Assembly (NCBI GenBank): GCA_043825135.1
Contig: JBDRSF010000066.1
Span: 6,355-70,354 of the forward strand
DNA: 64,000 nucleotides
Direction: 5' to 3'
Source of the DNA: Candidatus Magasanikiibacteriota bacterium
GTDB lineage: Bacteria; Patescibacteriota; Patescibacteriia; Magasanikbacterales; UBA922
Positions 8,097 through 17,480 of this stretch are shown here, piece after piece. The notes under the pieces were generated by a model, which saw nothing but the letters and a program-made list of their open reading frames with translations, made no database searches and had not been told where the DNA came from. Both the position numbers and the translations under genes were made by a program. Numbering within the stretch: the stretch's first letter is position 1; each line of letters begins with the position of its first letter.

Positions 8097-8459
8097 ATGG
8101 AAAAAGAAATAAAAAGAAATAAAATTGAAATTGATGCGGCTGGTAGGGCTGCTGGTAGAGTTGCTACGGAAGTAGCTATGGCTTTGCGTGGAAAAAATAG
8201 ACCAGATTTTACTCCACACATTGATAGTGGTGATTTTGTTAGAATTATCAATGCTGGACAATTGAAATTCACTGGTAAAAAACTAGTTCAAAAAGATTAT
8301 TTTCACCATACTATGCATCCAGGTGGTTTGCGTCGCACTCCTATGAAAAAGATTTTTGATAATGATCCTGCCGAAGTTATTCGCAGAGCTGTTTATGGTA
8401 TGTTACCAAAGAATAGACTAAGAGATGGTATGATGAAACGTCTTACTATTAAAAAATAA
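8097..8459 (+). CDS. rplM: 50S ribosomal protein L13
   Basis: IDAAGRAAGRVATEVAMALRGKNRPDFTPHIDSGDFVRIINA. Confidence 0.9.
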   Translation: MEKEIKRNKIEIDAAGRAAGRVATEVAMALRGKNRPDFTPHIDSGDFVRIINAGQLKFTGKKLVQKDYFHHTMHPGGLRRTPMKKIFDNDPAEVIRRAVYGMLPKNRLRDGMMKRLTIKK

Positions 8460-8500
8460 GCATTGATTCAAACTGATTTATACAGATTACATAAATATAT

Positions 8501-8905
8501 ATGGTTAAAAATGAAGATCAAAATTTAGTAAAGGCAGTAGGGAGAAGAAAGACCGCCGCTTGCCGAGTCAGGTTGACTTTAGGAAAAGGAGAGATTGTTA
8601 TTAATGGTAAGACACTTGTTGATTACTTTTCAATTCCTCTTTGGAGTGACAAGGTTTTAGCTCCTCTTAAGGCTGTTGGAAAAGAAAAAGATTTTGATGT
8701 GAGTGTTAAAGTAGTTGGTGGAGGTATAAATTCTCAAGCTGACGCTGTTCGTCATGGAATTTCTCGCGCATTAGTCAAATGGAATGAAGAATGGAAACCA
8801 GCTTTGAAAGCTGAAGGATATATGACACGCGATCCAAGAGCAAAAGAAAGAAAGAAACCAGGTTTACACAGAGCTAGAAGAGCGCATCAGTGGAGAAAGA
8901 GATAA
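8501..8905 (+). CDS. rpsI: 30S ribosomal protein S9
   Basis: GRRKTAACRVRLTLGKGEIVINGK...; ends ...HQWRKR. Confidence 0.9.
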   Translation: MVKNEDQNLVKAVGRRKTAACRVRLTLGKGEIVINGKTLVDYFSIPLWSDKVLAPLKAVGKEKDFDVSVKVVGGGINSQADAVRHGISRALVKWNEEWKPALKAEGYMTRDPRAKERKKPGLHRARRAHQWRKR

Positions 8906-8948
8906 CATTCGAATTTCGAATTTGTATGAACTTCCGAATATAAAAGAA

Positions 8949-8970
8949 TCCCGTGGAAGCGGGGTTTTTT
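8949..8970 (+). terminator. Rho-independent terminator after rpsI
   Basis: cccgtggaagcgggg hairpin followed by TTTTTT. Confidence 0.6.
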
Positions 8971-9040
8971 AGTTGACAAAAGAGGTTGGGTGTGGTTAAA
9001 TATAGTCTCAATGTATCCACTTTTGTGGTAAACTAAGCCA

Positions 9041-9370
9041 GTGAACAATGAGGAGGGGTCGATGGGGGCGAGTGATTATTTGTGGATTGTCGTAATGGCA
9101 TTCGTAATTGTAGCTGTGATTGCCTTACTGGGCTATTTGGTTCAGAGATACCTGATTCCCAGGTACGAGGAAGGCGTTCAGTTCGTGAGTGTTGGATCCC
9201 GGCAGTGGTTTTGGGTTCAAGATGGTGGTGAACTTCATGGCACCTGGATTTGTTTTAGGGAGGATCTCAAACCAGAAGCTGGTAATGCTGTACGTACCGA
9301 GGATGGAAAATTGCACTACTTCGATTCTTCTGATGTAGTGACAGTTTCGAAGAAGAAAAAAAGGGGCTAG
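9041..9370 (+). CDS. Hypothetical small membrane-anchored protein in a high-GC island (alternative start 9062 after GGAGGGG)
   Basis: One TM helix (LWIVVMAFVIVAVIALLGYL); local GC far above genome background; no family recognised. Confidence 0.4.
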   Translation: MNNEEGSMGASDYLWIVVMAFVIVAVIALLGYLVQRYLIPRYEEGVQFVSVGSRQWFWVQDGGELHGTWICFREDLKPEAGNAVRTEDGKLHYFDSSDVVTVSKKKKRG

Positions 9371-9626
9371 AGGCTAGTCAAGTTAGTCTTTGCTATCTCG
9401 AAATGGTTTTAGTTTTTGTTCTTTTTTCGGAGGGGTCAGGAGGGACCCACAAAGTACATCTCAATAGAGGTGTTTTTTGTTTTTAGAAAAGAAATAAGGA
9501 GTGATGCACGACCGCAGGGAGTGCGTCATTCACGTGTAAGTCTTTCTAAGTAAACCACTCCCTATCGGTCGTGGGTCAGTCCTGATGTTTGATTTTTTTA
9601 AGTATTCTATTCTTAATTTATCTAAA

Positions 9627-9649
9627 TTGTTACGTAACATGCTACGTAA
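9627..9649. repeat. 23-mer TTGTTACGTAACATGCTACGTAA, exact inverted copy of 24956-24978
   Basis: Direct reading; internally dyadic (TTACGTA). Confidence 0.8.
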
Positions 9650-9753
9650 TAAAAATCCATCCGTTAACTTAAACTATCTTGATTTAAGGGGTTATCAATT
9701 TGATTTTTCCTCCATTTTAGCGTAGAATATAGATAGAATATTCTAATTGAGTC

Positions 9754-9775
9754 CCTCCCCCTATGAGGGGGAGGT
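9754..9775. repeat. CCCTCCCCC-tatga-GGGGGAGG hairpin (CCCCCT/AGGGGG family)
   Basis: Direct reading; more than 10 family members in window. Confidence 0.7.
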
Positions 9776-9910
9776 TAGGAGGGGGTTAAATCGGAGGTAA
9801 TTACTTTCGTTTACATAAACCAAAGTTAACAGCTTCGAATAACCCTACCCTTACCCTCCCCTTACTTCGACTACGCTCAGCACAGGCGCCGGGGAGGGGA
9901 CAATTTTACT

Positions 9911-11344
9911 ATGCAAGAAAAATCTATTGCAAAAAATACAGCATTTATGACAATAGCCTCTGTGGGACAGAAGGTGATTTCTTTTGTTTACTTCACTTTA
10001 ATAGCTAGAAATATCGGCGCAGAGGGGACTGGTAAGTATTTTTTTGCATTATCATTTACTACAGTCTTTGTAGTTTTTATAGATATTGGACTTACTCAGG
10101 TTTTAATTCGCGAAGGTGCCAAGAGTAAGGAGAAATTGCAAAAGTATTTTTCATCAGTGATTTTTACAAAAATATTTTTAGGTGTACTCACTTACCTGGC
10201 GGCTTTCGCAGTAATAAATATCATGGGTTATCCAGTTGAGACTAGACATCTGGTCTATCTTTCAGCTGTGACAATGTTGTTTGATTCTATTCATCTAACT
10301 ATTTACGGAGTCTTGCGAGCGATTGGTAATTTAAAATATGAAGCTTTTGCAATTATAGGTAGTCAACTGATGACTCTGATTTTGGGAACTACTTTTTTGT
10401 ATTTAAAAATGCCTTTAATATTTTTAATTCTCGCTTTTACAATTCCAAGCTTTTTTAATGTGGTGTATAGTTCAATAGTTTTATTTAAAAAATATAAAAT
10501 TAAATTTAAACCAAAATTAGATAAGCAGGTTTTGCGTTTTATGGGGGTAATCGCTATTCCTTTTGCTTTGACAGCTATTTTTGGTAGGGTTTATTCTTAT
10601 ATAGATTCAATACTACTTTCCAAATTAGCCGGGGATATCGCAGTCGGTTGGTATAGTATTCCTTACAAAATTACTTATGCGTTTCAATTTATGCCTCTTG
10701 CTCTTGTGGCAGCACTTTACCCCAAGTTTAGTGAATATTTTGTATCAGATAAAAAAAAGTTAGCCTTTGTTTTTGAAAGAGCAATAAAATATTTGATGGT
10801 AATAGTTTTTCCAATTGCAATTGGTGTTGGTGTATTGGCTCGAGATATTATTTTATCACTTTATACTGTAGAATATGTAAATTCAATTTTACCATTACAG
10901 ATTTTACTTGCTGGGTTGGTATTTTCTTATCTCAGTTTTCCAATTGGAGCATTTTTAAATGCTTGTAACAAGCAAGTTACACAGACTGTAATAGTATTTT
11001 TTGTGATGGTGATAAATATTATTCTAAATATTATTTTAATTCCAAAAATTGGTGTAATTGGTGCAGCTATTTCAGCACTAGTGGGTAATATTTGTTTGGC
11101 AGTGTTTGGCTATGTTATAATGTCCAGTATTGCCAAGATTTCGCATTGGTTTTTATTTAAATCTTTGTTTCAAATCATAATTGTTGTCGGAATAATGGGT
11201 ATAGGAGTTTATTTTATAAATCAAATTGCTCACTTTACAATCGCGATTTTGGCTGGTGCTGTTGTTTATTCGGTGATGTTGTTTGTTACACGAGCGATAA
11301 CTGCTGGACAGGTGAGAGAAGCGATGCAATTGGTGAAGAAATAA
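9911..11344 (+). CDS. Polysaccharide biosynthesis flippase (Wzx/MOP-superfamily-like)
   Basis: 477 aa, about 12-14 TM helices, N-terminal pattern typical of oligosaccharide flippases; adjacent to glycosyltransferases. Confidence 0.7.
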   Translation: MQEKSIAKNTAFMTIASVGQKVISFVYFTLIARNIGAEGTGKYFFALSFTTVFVVFIDIGLTQVLIREGAKSKEKLQKYFSSVIFTKIFLGVLTYLAAFAVINIMGYPVETRHLVYLSAVTMLFDSIHLTIYGVLRAIGNLKYEAFAIIGSQLMTLILGTTFLYLKMPLIFLILAFTIPSFFNVVYSSIVLFKKYKIKFKPKLDKQVLRFMGVIAIPFALTAIFGRVYSYIDSILLSKLAGDIAVGWYSIPYKITYAFQFMPLALVAALYPKFSEYFVSDKKKLAFVFERAIKYLMVIVFPIAIGVGVLARDIILSLYTVEYVNSILPLQILLAGLVFSYLSFPIGAFLNACNKQVTQTVIVFFVMVINIILNIILIPKIGVIGAAISALVGNICLAVFGYVIMSSIAKISHWFLFKSLFQIIIVVGIMGIGVYFINQIAHFTIAILAGAVVYSVMLFVTRAITAGQVREAMQLVKK

Positions 11345-11431
11345 GTTCGAGTTTTTAAAATTATATAATTAATACTTAAAGGGATCCCTCGACTCCCTGT
11401 GGGTCGCTCGGGATGACAGTGCGCGAAATAT

Positions 11432-12565
11432 ATGAAAAAACTAATAATTACATTGGAATACCCCCCTAAAATCGGTGGGGTGGCGACTTATTCACATCAG
11501 TTTGCCAAAAATTTTAATCCAGAAGAAGTCGTTGTGTTGGCGTCCCACAACAAGGATGCAAAAATTTTTGACGAAAAAGAAAAATTTAAAACAATTAGAA
11601 AAAATATGCTTTGGCCAGTTTTTATTTGGCCTAGATGGTTAAAGTCATTTTTCCAGCTTTTGTCTATTATAAAAAAAGAAAAAATTGAAGTAATTTATTT
11701 ACAACATACTTTGGAATTAGGTGGAGCGGTTTGGCTTTTGAAAAAAATTAAGAAAATTCCTTATTTAATATTTTCTCATGGTACAGATTTGGAGTTAGGT
11801 GCTAGTATGAAGTTAAAGAAAAATTTTTTGACTAAGATTTTAAATGAAAGTGAACTAATCATATTTAACAGCGAGAATTTGAAAAAACGATTATTAAAAG
11901 TTTTATCAGATTATGAAAATAAATCTAGAGTGCTTTACCCTTGTCCAGAAGAAATGTTTTATCAGACAATTAGTGAGGAAGAGGTTAAAAGTTTGAAAGC
12001 TCAATATGCTTTGGAAGGAAAAAAAGTAATGCTAACAGTTGCTGGTTTTGAAGAGGGTAAAGGTTATACTCATTTAATTAGAATGTTACCAAAAATTTTG
12101 GAAAGTGTGCCAAATTTGGTTTGGTTTGTGGTGGGTGATGGCCCAAAGAAAGATTTTTTACTTAGGGAAATTCAAAAAAGATCTTTGCAAAGTGTAGTTC
12201 GTTTTATCGGCGAAGTTCCTCACGAGGAATTAAATAAATTTTATTGTCTGGCAGATTTATTCGTTTTACTTACTCATCCAGACGAAGGTCGGGAAGAAGG
12301 TTTGGGTATGGTATTTTTAGAAGCGGCCGCAACTGGTTTGCCAGTAGTAGCCGGCAAAAGTGGTGGGGTAGAGGAAGCGGTGATACATACACAGACCGGT
12401 ATTATAGTAGACATTTACAAAGGCGATGATAGTGTGATAAAATCTATTGTTGAAATGTTTGAAAATAAAGACTATGCCAAACGCTTGGCTGAAAATTCCA
12501 GATCCAGAGTTCAGGCCGATTTTAAGTGGGAGAGTCAGATTAAGGTGATTGAGAAGTGGATGTAA
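11432..12565 (+). CDS. Glycosyltransferase family 4
   Basis: C-terminal GT4 E-X7-E region EGLGMVFLEAAATGLPVVAGKSGGVEEAV. Confidence 0.85.
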   Translation: MKKLIITLEYPPKIGGVATYSHQFAKNFNPEEVVVLASHNKDAKIFDEKEKFKTIRKNMLWPVFIWPRWLKSFFQLLSIIKKEKIEVIYLQHTLELGGAVWLLKKIKKIPYLIFSHGTDLELGASMKLKKNFLTKILNESELIIFNSENLKKRLLKVLSDYENKSRVLYPCPEEMFYQTISEEEVKSLKAQYALEGKKVMLTVAGFEEGKGYTHLIRMLPKILESVPNLVWFVVGDGPKKDFLLREIQKRSLQSVVRFIGEVPHEELNKFYCLADLFVLLTHPDEGREEGLGMVFLEAAATGLPVVAGKSGGVEEAVIHTQTGIIVDIYKGDDSVIKSIVEMFENKDYAKRLAENSRSRVQADFKWESQIKVIEKWM

Positions 12566-12566
12566 G

Positions 12567-12607
12567 GCGATCCGAATTATCCGAATCGACATCCGAATAA
12601 CCCGAAT
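12567..12607. repeat. 41-nt CCGAAT-periodic repeat gcgatccgaattatccgaatcgacatccgaataacccgaat, 40/41 identical to the in-frame insert in mnmA (403-443)
   Basis: Direct comparison, single g/a mismatch. Confidence 0.85.
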
Positions 12608-12617
12608 TAAATAAGTT

Positions 12618-13382
12618 ATGCAACCATTAATCAGTATTGTTATTCCAGTTTATAATCGGGTACATCTGTTACCTTTGGTTTTGGGTTCTATAAAAAAACA
12701 GACTTATAAAAATATAGAAATTATTATTATTGACGACGGCAGTACTGAAGATATGGAAAATATTATCTCATATTTTAAAAATAGTTTTCCGATTATCTAT
12801 ATTAGACAAGAAAATAGGGGGGCACCGAGTGCAAGGAACAGGGGAATGTTAGAGACTAAGGGAGAGTACGTGATATTTTGGGATGCGGATGTGATTGGAA
12901 AGCCGGAAATGCTTGAAAGGCTTGAAAGGCCTCTGCAAAGTAATTTTAAATTAAGTTTTTCGTATTGTAATTATCATTTATCATCTATCACTTATCCCCA
13001 AAGAGGGATGCCCTGTGGGTATCATCTATTAAAGAAAATGCGAGCTTTTGAATTTAATATTGAGAAGCTTAATCAGAGTAATTATATTCACTCCACTAGT
13101 TTGATAAGAAAAAAGGACGCAATAAAATGGGATGAGAGTTTGAAGAGGTTTCAGGATTGGGATTTGTGGTTGACTATGCTTGAAGAAAAAAAGACTGGAG
13201 TTTGGGTGGACGATTTTTTATTTACAATTTTTGGTGGCGGGACAATGAGCGGTTGGTTGCCAAGGATTGCCTATAAAGTACCAATTAGGTGGTTTCCGTT
13301 TGTTAATAAATCAGTTTTTAAATATGAAGAAGCAAAAAGAGTTATAATAAAAAAACATAACTTATCCACACCAGTTTCTTGA
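12618..13382 (+). CDS. Glycosyltransferase family 2
   Basis: ISIVIPVYNRVHLLPLVLGSI...IIIIDDGSTED GT2 N-terminal signature; contains palindromic element copy at 12971-13030. Confidence 0.8.
   Translation: MQPLISIVIPVYNRVHLLPLVLGSIKKQTYKNIEIIIIDDGSTEDMENIISYFKNSFPIIYIRQENRGAPSARNRGMLETKGEYVIFWDADVIGKPEMLERLERPLQSNFKLSFSYCNYHLSSITYPQRGMPCGYHLLKKMRAFEFNIEKLNQSNYIHSTSLIRKKDAIKWDESLKRFQDWDLWLTMLEEKKTGVWVDDFLFTIFGGGTMSGWLPRIAYKVPIRWFPFVNKSVFKYEEAKRVIIKKHNLSTPVS
12971..13030. repeat. Palindromic GATAAATGA/CCCACAGGGCATCCCTCT element, copy 2 (inverted, in-frame inside GT2 CDS, translated as YHLSSITYPQRGMPCGYHL)
   Basis: ttatcatttatcatctatcacttatccccaaagagggatgccctgtgggtatcatc. Confidence 0.75.
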
Positions 13383-13477
13383 TTTTTTTCTAATTTTAGA
13401 TTAGAATATTGTCTTGTCCTATGTTGGGCAAGACTTTTTTTCTCGCCTATTCGGCGGGTAATGTAAGGAGAGAAGAG

Positions 13478-13705
13478 ATGGGAAACCCAAGTCCGAGAAA
13501 GGAAGCTGAGGTTGTGGCCGAAACCAGGGCGACTGGAACTGGTCACAACTTCTCGACAACTTGCCGTCGTGTTAGCGAGACCGGCAACCTCTGTGAAATC
13601 GTTGCCGTCGACGCGCTCACGGGTGAGGTTCTGAGGGACAAGAAGGGGGAGATCAGGGAGGGGTTCCACGCGATCGTGGGCGAGCCTATGCCTAAGATGG
13701 TCTAG
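13478..13705 (+). CDS. Hypothetical 75-aa protein in high-GC island (MGNPSPRKEAEVVAETRATG...)
   Basis: RBS-like aaggagagaagag before ATG 13478; GC clearly above background; ORF track starts the frame earlier at 13409. Confidence 0.35.
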   Translation: MGNPSPRKEAEVVAETRATGTGHNFSTTCRRVSETGNLCEIVAVDALTGEVLRDKKGEIREGFHAIVGEPMPKMV

Positions 13706-13756
13706 GTCTAGACCGTCGCGAGAATAGGCTTTAGTGCTACGAGTGGAACGAAAAAT

Positions 13757-13781
13757 GCCGAGGACCTGGAGGATCCTCGGC
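13757..13781. terminator. Bidirectional terminator hairpin gccgagga-cctggagga-tcctcggc
   Basis: 8-bp GC stem; on the minus strand followed by AUUUUUCG (terminates 13800-15281 gene); on plus strand follows the small high-GC ORF. Confidence 0.55.
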
Positions 13782-13799
13782 ATTGTCATTTATAAAGTA

Positions 13800-15281
13800 T
13801 TATTTAACCTGATTAAATACCTGATAAAGTAAAGCAGTTGTGCGATCAAAGATATTTGTATACTTCGTTGCAATGGTGAGAGTAAAAATTAAAAATAAAA
13901 TTCCAAAGACGTGAAATAGGGCGCCAATGGTAATATTCATTACTAGTAAAGCTATAATTCCAGCCAGTAGCCCAACATCAAAATCATGCCAGTCTGGTAT
14001 GGTTTTTATTTTTTTTATTAATATATAACCTGTAAAACAATAAATAAAAATCAAAATTAGCGATCCAAATAAACCCATCTCGGTCCACATTTCTAGATAA
14101 CCCCAATCAAAATGAGAGGTAGTAATAGTTTCATAAGTCTGGGTATTAGTAAAAGTAACCACTGCACCCAGACCAACTCCTGAAATTGGATTTTCTTTTA
14201 TAATATCCAAAATTTTTGGCAGAATCATCATGCGGGTATTGGTACTAATTTCTATTTCAGGCTGGACAAAGCTTTTTAGGCGTAGACCGAACATTTCCCA
14301 GCCAAGAGTTTTTCCACCACTCGCAACTAGACTGATACTGGAAAAGACTAAAAAAATCATTAGTAAAACAAACAGTGATTCCTTTAGCCATTTTAACCAG
14401 TTGTGTTTATATTTTAACACCAGTAGACCAACTCCCAGTGCTAGAAAATATCCACGCGATAGATTTAAAACTAATATAATAACTAAACATAACAGAAGAA
14501 AACGCCACATTTTATTATGTTTTTCATTACGCATGAGAAGTGAAGTGATTATTAAAATTAAAGGAGTTATAATTAAATGTGCAGGTTCAACAATACGAAA
14601 AAAATCTTGTCCCATGTTGGTAATTTTACCAACATCAATTAATCTATACCAATAATAAAATGATTCATGAATTTCTGTTAGTCTTAGCGAAAAAATAATA
14701 AAAGTAAAAATAGAGAAAATAGCTGTTCCAATGATAAAGACTAACAATAGACGAACTAAATATTCTTGAATTTTATTATCTTTAAATAGGTGATAAGAAG
14801 GAAAGATAAGGAGTAGAAAACTAAAGGGCATAAAGTCTTGAATAACTCTAGTAACTGAATGTTCATGATAAATACCATTGATGAAACTAAAAAATAAAGT
14901 CAAAAATAAAATTGAAATTATCCAGTTTAAATATTTATGAATTTTGAGACGTCTAATCAATAATTTCTGTCCCAAGTGTTGTGAAATCCACAAAAATAAA
15001 AAGAAAAAGATAAATAAAGTCCTGATGGAAAGTCCAACAAATTCTAAATAATGTCCTGATCCACCTAAAAATATTTCACCCAAGACTAACATCCAAGCCC
15101 AGTCGGGATTTTTGAAATAAAGAATCCCCAAAAACATTAGTAAAATAAAAACTAGAATCCCCTGAATTATTAAATGTTCATATAATAAAAATGAAGTAAT
15201 TCTGATTAAAAAAAATAAAACTAGAAGTAAGATAGTTTGTTTTTGGAAGAAGATTGATTTGGAGGTGAGGAAGCGGTTCAT
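13800..15281 (-). CDS. Polytopic membrane protein, O-antigen ligase/polymerase-like
   Basis: 493 aa, about 12 TM helices with a large loop; placed between glycosyltransferase and fmt genes; family assignment tentative. Confidence 0.45.
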   Translation of the reverse strand: MNRFLTSKSIFFQKQTILLLVLFFLIRITSFLLYEHLIIQGILVFILLMFLGILYFKNPDWAWMLVLGEIFLGGSGHYLEFVGLSIRTLFIFFFLFLWISQHLGQKLLIRRLKIHKYLNWIISILFLTLFFSFINGIYHEHSVTRVIQDFMPFSFLLLIFPSYHLFKDNKIQEYLVRLLLVFIIGTAIFSIFTFIIFSLRLTEIHESFYYWYRLIDVGKITNMGQDFFRIVEPAHLIITPLILIITSLLMRNEKHNKMWRFLLLCLVIILVLNLSRGYFLALGVGLLVLKYKHNWLKWLKESLFVLLMIFLVFSSISLVASGGKTLGWEMFGLRLKSFVQPEIEISTNTRMMILPKILDIIKENPISGVGLGAVVTFTNTQTYETITTSHFDWGYLEMWTEMGLFGSLILIFIYCFTGYILIKKIKTIPDWHDFDVGLLAGIIALLVMNITIGALFHVFGILFLIFTLTIATKYTNIFDRTTALLYQVFNQVK

Positions 15282-15374
15282 ATAATTGCTTTGAAAGTAT
15301 TAAGTAAGAAAAAGTGGAAGTGTCGATGCAGGAAGTAATTAGTAATTAAGTAATTACTTTAAATTATGAAATAT

Positions 15375-15494
15375 GTGTCATTGCGAGGAGCCCCGATGAA
15401 ATACGGGGTGACGAAGCAATCCCAGTGTATCAGCAACGTTGCTACTAGTCTGGGATTGCTTCGTCCTGATGCGAATCAGGTCTCGCAATGACAC
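15375..15494. mobile_element. MITE-like element with terminal inverted repeats GTGTCATTGCGAG...CTCGCAATGACAC, copy A
   Basis: Nested inner dyads gacgaagcaatccca/tgggattgcttcgtc and ccccgatgaaatacgggg; intergenic between fmt start and 13800-15281 gene. Confidence 0.75.
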
Positions 15495-15515
15495 AGTGAA
15501 AAGTAGTTTCGAAAT

Positions 15516-16457
15516 TTAATATAATTTATTATTAATGATATTTTTATATCCATTTACAAATTGTTCAGCTGTCATCTTTTGCTTACCTTCCAGTTGTAAT
15601 TCTAAAATTTCAATAGAATTTTTATGTGTTCCAATATACATATTATCATTTTCTATTTTTACTACACCGGGCTTTATTTTTAAATCTGATTTTTTAATTT
15701 TCAAAAGCTTCAAGCGCTTGTCTTCCCATGTAGTCCATACGCCTGGCCAAGGAGTTAGTCCGCGGTAGAGATTATAAATTTCATCAGCAGTTTTGTTCCA
15801 ATCTATTTTGCCATCTTCACGAGTAAATTCTTTGCAGATGGTAGCTTCGGAATCGTCTTGTGGAATAGGTCGTAGCTCAACCGAGATATAATTTGGTATG
15901 GCCTCTAGAAGGGCTAGAAGGCCAATTTTAGCCAGTCTTTTATCCAAGTCGATATAAGTGTCATCTGGTTCTATTTTGATTGGTTTCTGCAATAAAATAG
16001 GGCCAGTATCTAGACCTTTATCCATTTTCATAATAGTAACCCCAGTTTCAGTTTCACCGTTAATTAAGGCAGATTGAATAGGGGAGGCACCACGGTATTT
16101 CGGGAGTAGAGAGGTGTGGGTGTTTAGGGTGCCGTGCTTGGGTGCGTTTAAGATATTTTCGGGAATTAGGAGGCCGTATTGGGCGCAGATTCCCAAGTCC
16201 ATAAAGTCCTTAAAGTCTGTAAAGTCGAAAGTCTTGAGTGATTTGGGTTGTTCTACTTTGATTCCATGTTTTTCGGCTAAAATTTTTACTGGTGGGGGAG
16301 TTAGTTCTTTTTTTCGGCCGACTGGCTTGTCGGGTTGGGTTATTACTAATTGAATATCAAAAAGTGGACTATCAATTAGTCCTTGTAATATTACTGTGGC
16401 AAAGTTGTGTGTGCCGAAGAAAATTATTTTAATTTTCCTTAAGTTTTGTTGTATCAT
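15516..16457 (-). CDS. fmt: Methionyl-tRNA formyltransferase
   Basis: N-terminal IIFFGT and HGTLNTHTSLLPKYRGASPIQ (SLLPxxRG) motif; contains in-frame TAAAGTC repeat array (16197-16234) encoding DFTDFKDFMDL. Confidence 0.9.
   Translation of the reverse strand: MIQQNLRKIKIIFFGTHNFATVILQGLIDSPLFDIQLVITQPDKPVGRKKELTPPPVKILAEKHGIKVEQPKSLKTFDFTDFKDFMDLGICAQYGLLIPENILNAPKHGTLNTHTSLLPKYRGASPIQSALINGETETGVTIMKMDKGLDTGPILLQKPIKIEPDDTYIDLDKRLAKIGLLALLEAIPNYISVELRPIPQDDSEATICKEFTREDGKIDWNKTADEIYNLYRGLTPWPGVWTTWEDKRLKLLKIKKSDLKIKPGVVKIENDNMYIGTHKNSIEILELQLEGKQKMTAEQFVNGYKNIINNKLY
16197..16234. repeat. TAAAGTC repeat array inside fmt CDS
   Basis: gtccataaagtccttaaagtctgtaaagtcgaaagtcttgag. Confidence 0.75.
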
Positions 16458-16490
16458 TGTTATGTGCTATATGCTATGTGATATGTGAGA

Positions 16491-17018
16491 TTACTCAACC
16501 GTATATATATCCTTGGCTTTATCAATAAAAAGCACACCGTCTAAATGATCAATTTCGTGCTGGATCACTCGAGCAAAAAAGTTATTAGCTTCAAAATTAA
16601 TTTCTTGACCATCTTTATTTAGCGCTTTTACAGAAATATTTTTATAGCGTCTTACCTTGCCGTAAGTTTTGGGAACAGATAAGCAACCTTCGTTATCCCA
16701 ATCTTTTTTTATAGTAGTTTTTGTCCAGATTGGATTTACTAAAATTAGGTCGGAATTAGGATCTAGATTGGCTTTTTTGAATCTAGTATTTCCAGAACGG
16801 GTCTTGTAGTCAATCTGTAAGGCACTTTTGCCAATAATGCAGAGCCTAATATTTTTGCCCACCTGCGAAGCTGCAATACCAACTCCGTCACTTTCATACA
16901 TTTTTTCAATTAGTTGTTGTACAAAATGTTGAATAGTGCTAGATAATAAAAAATCTCGATCAATTTTGATAGATCGTTCACGTAAGGATTCAGTTGGTAG
17001 AGTTACCATTTGCAACAT
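16491..17018 (-). CDS. def: Peptide deformylase
   Basis: GVGIAASQVG, EGCLSVP, QHEIDHLDG metal-binding motifs. Confidence 0.9.
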   Translation of the reverse strand: MLQMVTLPTESLRERSIKIDRDFLLSSTIQHFVQQLIEKMYESDGVGIAASQVGKNIRLCIIGKSALQIDYKTRSGNTRFKKANLDPNSDLILVNPIWTKTTIKKDWDNEGCLSVPKTYGKVRRYKNISVKALNKDGQEINFEANNFFARVIQHEIDHLDGVLFIDKAKDIYTVE

Positions 17019-17019
17019 A

Positions 17020-17340
17020 TTATTTTTTTTGGTCTTCTTTTTTATTCATTAAGTTTTTTGGGCTACTTTTCCACATAAATAACTTACCAGGATCTTTTAT
17101 ATTAGATTCTTGTATTTCAGCAAAAATTTGTTGGGCTTTGTCAGCTCCAATTCTTTTTATAACTCCTAGATACATACCAAACATGTGTCTTTCACCAAAA
17201 GCAGTAGAAATAATATCAGCCCAGTAGTGAGCTTCTGAGTGGATATTTTTATTTTGTTTTGGTTTTTTATCTGTTTGTTTGTTGATAATTTCTCCAATTC
17301 CATCCATAGATTTTTTCTTTGGGTAATCCCGAAAATACAC
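17020..17340 (-). CDS. Hypothetical protein, likely cotranscribed upstream of def-fmt
   Basis: 106 aa, lysine-rich ends, no motif recognised; 1-nt gap to def. Confidence 0.35.
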   Translation of the reverse strand: MYFRDYPKKKSMDGIGEIINKQTDKKPKQNKNIHSEAHYWADIISTAFGERHMFGMYLGVIKRIGADKAQQIFAEIQESNIKDPGKLFMWKSSPKNLMNKKEDQKK

Positions 17341-17480
17341 GAAGTGATTGAGGGATCTTTATTATTTTGGATTTTGTTTAATAAAAAAATATTTAGTTTA
17401 GGAAATTAGATCTAAGAAAGGGATCTCTCGGTTACACCCCGTATTTCATCGGGGTTTCACTCGGGATGACATTGTGCGAG

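Noticed and set aside
13409-13477. Longer start (13409) for the high-GC small ORF
   Set aside because: The upstream extension overlaps a terminator-like hairpin (13421-13444) and lacks an SD; ATG 13478 with AAGGAGAGAAGAG is more plausible.
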